A DNA stretch of 63,154 nucleotides, the filler included, from Basidioascus undulatus (taxonomy: Eukaryota): assembly GCA_000826855.1 (NCBI GenBank). It is 3 parts of 3 records of this genome, joined end to end, with 100 filler letters (N's around TTAATTAATTAA, not from the genome) between each part and the next. Parts side by side here need not be neighbours in the genome. Positions count along the whole stretch, not along the records: positions 42,181 to 63,154 come from JTLS01000349.1; 2 more parts are not named here. The stretch is one strand, 5' to 3'. Below, in pieces: positions 63,045-63,154 of this stretch. The notes under the pieces are model-generated. The model was not told where the DNA came from, made no database searches, and worked only from the letters and a program-made list of their open reading frames with translations. The position numbers were made by a program, and so were the translations under genes. Each line of letters begins with the position of its first letter. The stretch's first letter is position 1.

Positions 63045-63154
63045 CTTAGGGAGTTAATCCTGCGTGGGGGGAGGGGGAGGGGAGGATGGCTCGTTCCGGT
63101 TTGAGGAACGGCATTTGGAATGGTCTTTGAAGCTGGTTGGGAAACGTTACGTAG

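Overview
Eukaryotic, intron-rich, GC-rich fungal genomic DNA, most likely a basidiomycete (GTGCGT/GTGAGT donors, GCTGAC-type branch points, many micro-exons). The window is not one locus. It consists of three contigs (1-21006, 21107-42080, 42181-63154; 21006, 20974 and 20974 bp) joined by artificial 100-nt N44-TTAATTAATTAA-N44 spacers, so adjacency across spacers means nothing. Contig 1 holds an HMT1/ABCB6-like half ABC transporter, a conserved uncharacterised protein of bacterial-looking type, a PPR-like mitochondrial protein, a divergent TDG/MUG glycosylase, a long intergenic hairpin, a Zn2Cys6 transcription factor and a micro-exon-split PARP-type zinc-finger gene that the ORF track misses. 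Contig 2 holds a TM/coiled-coil/PAM2 protein, tRNA-Ala(AGC), 6-phosphogluconate dehydrogenase, an ASNSD1-like gene, LIP2 and a SWI3/RSC8 gene that switches into PEX6-like sequence (probable chimera). Contig 3 holds a PITSLRE CDK, a formate/nitrite transporter, an UNC-93-like MFS transporter, PTH1, a flavin-reductase-like protein, DPP3, arrestin and F-box/LRR relics, and the 3' end of SEC72. I found no unequivocal new multi-gene system. The best leads are the ~175-nt hairpin, the unknown conserved protein, the pocket-divergent TDG, the hidden zf-PARP gene and the DPP3 gene architecture. Exon boundaries were read by eye and are approximate.
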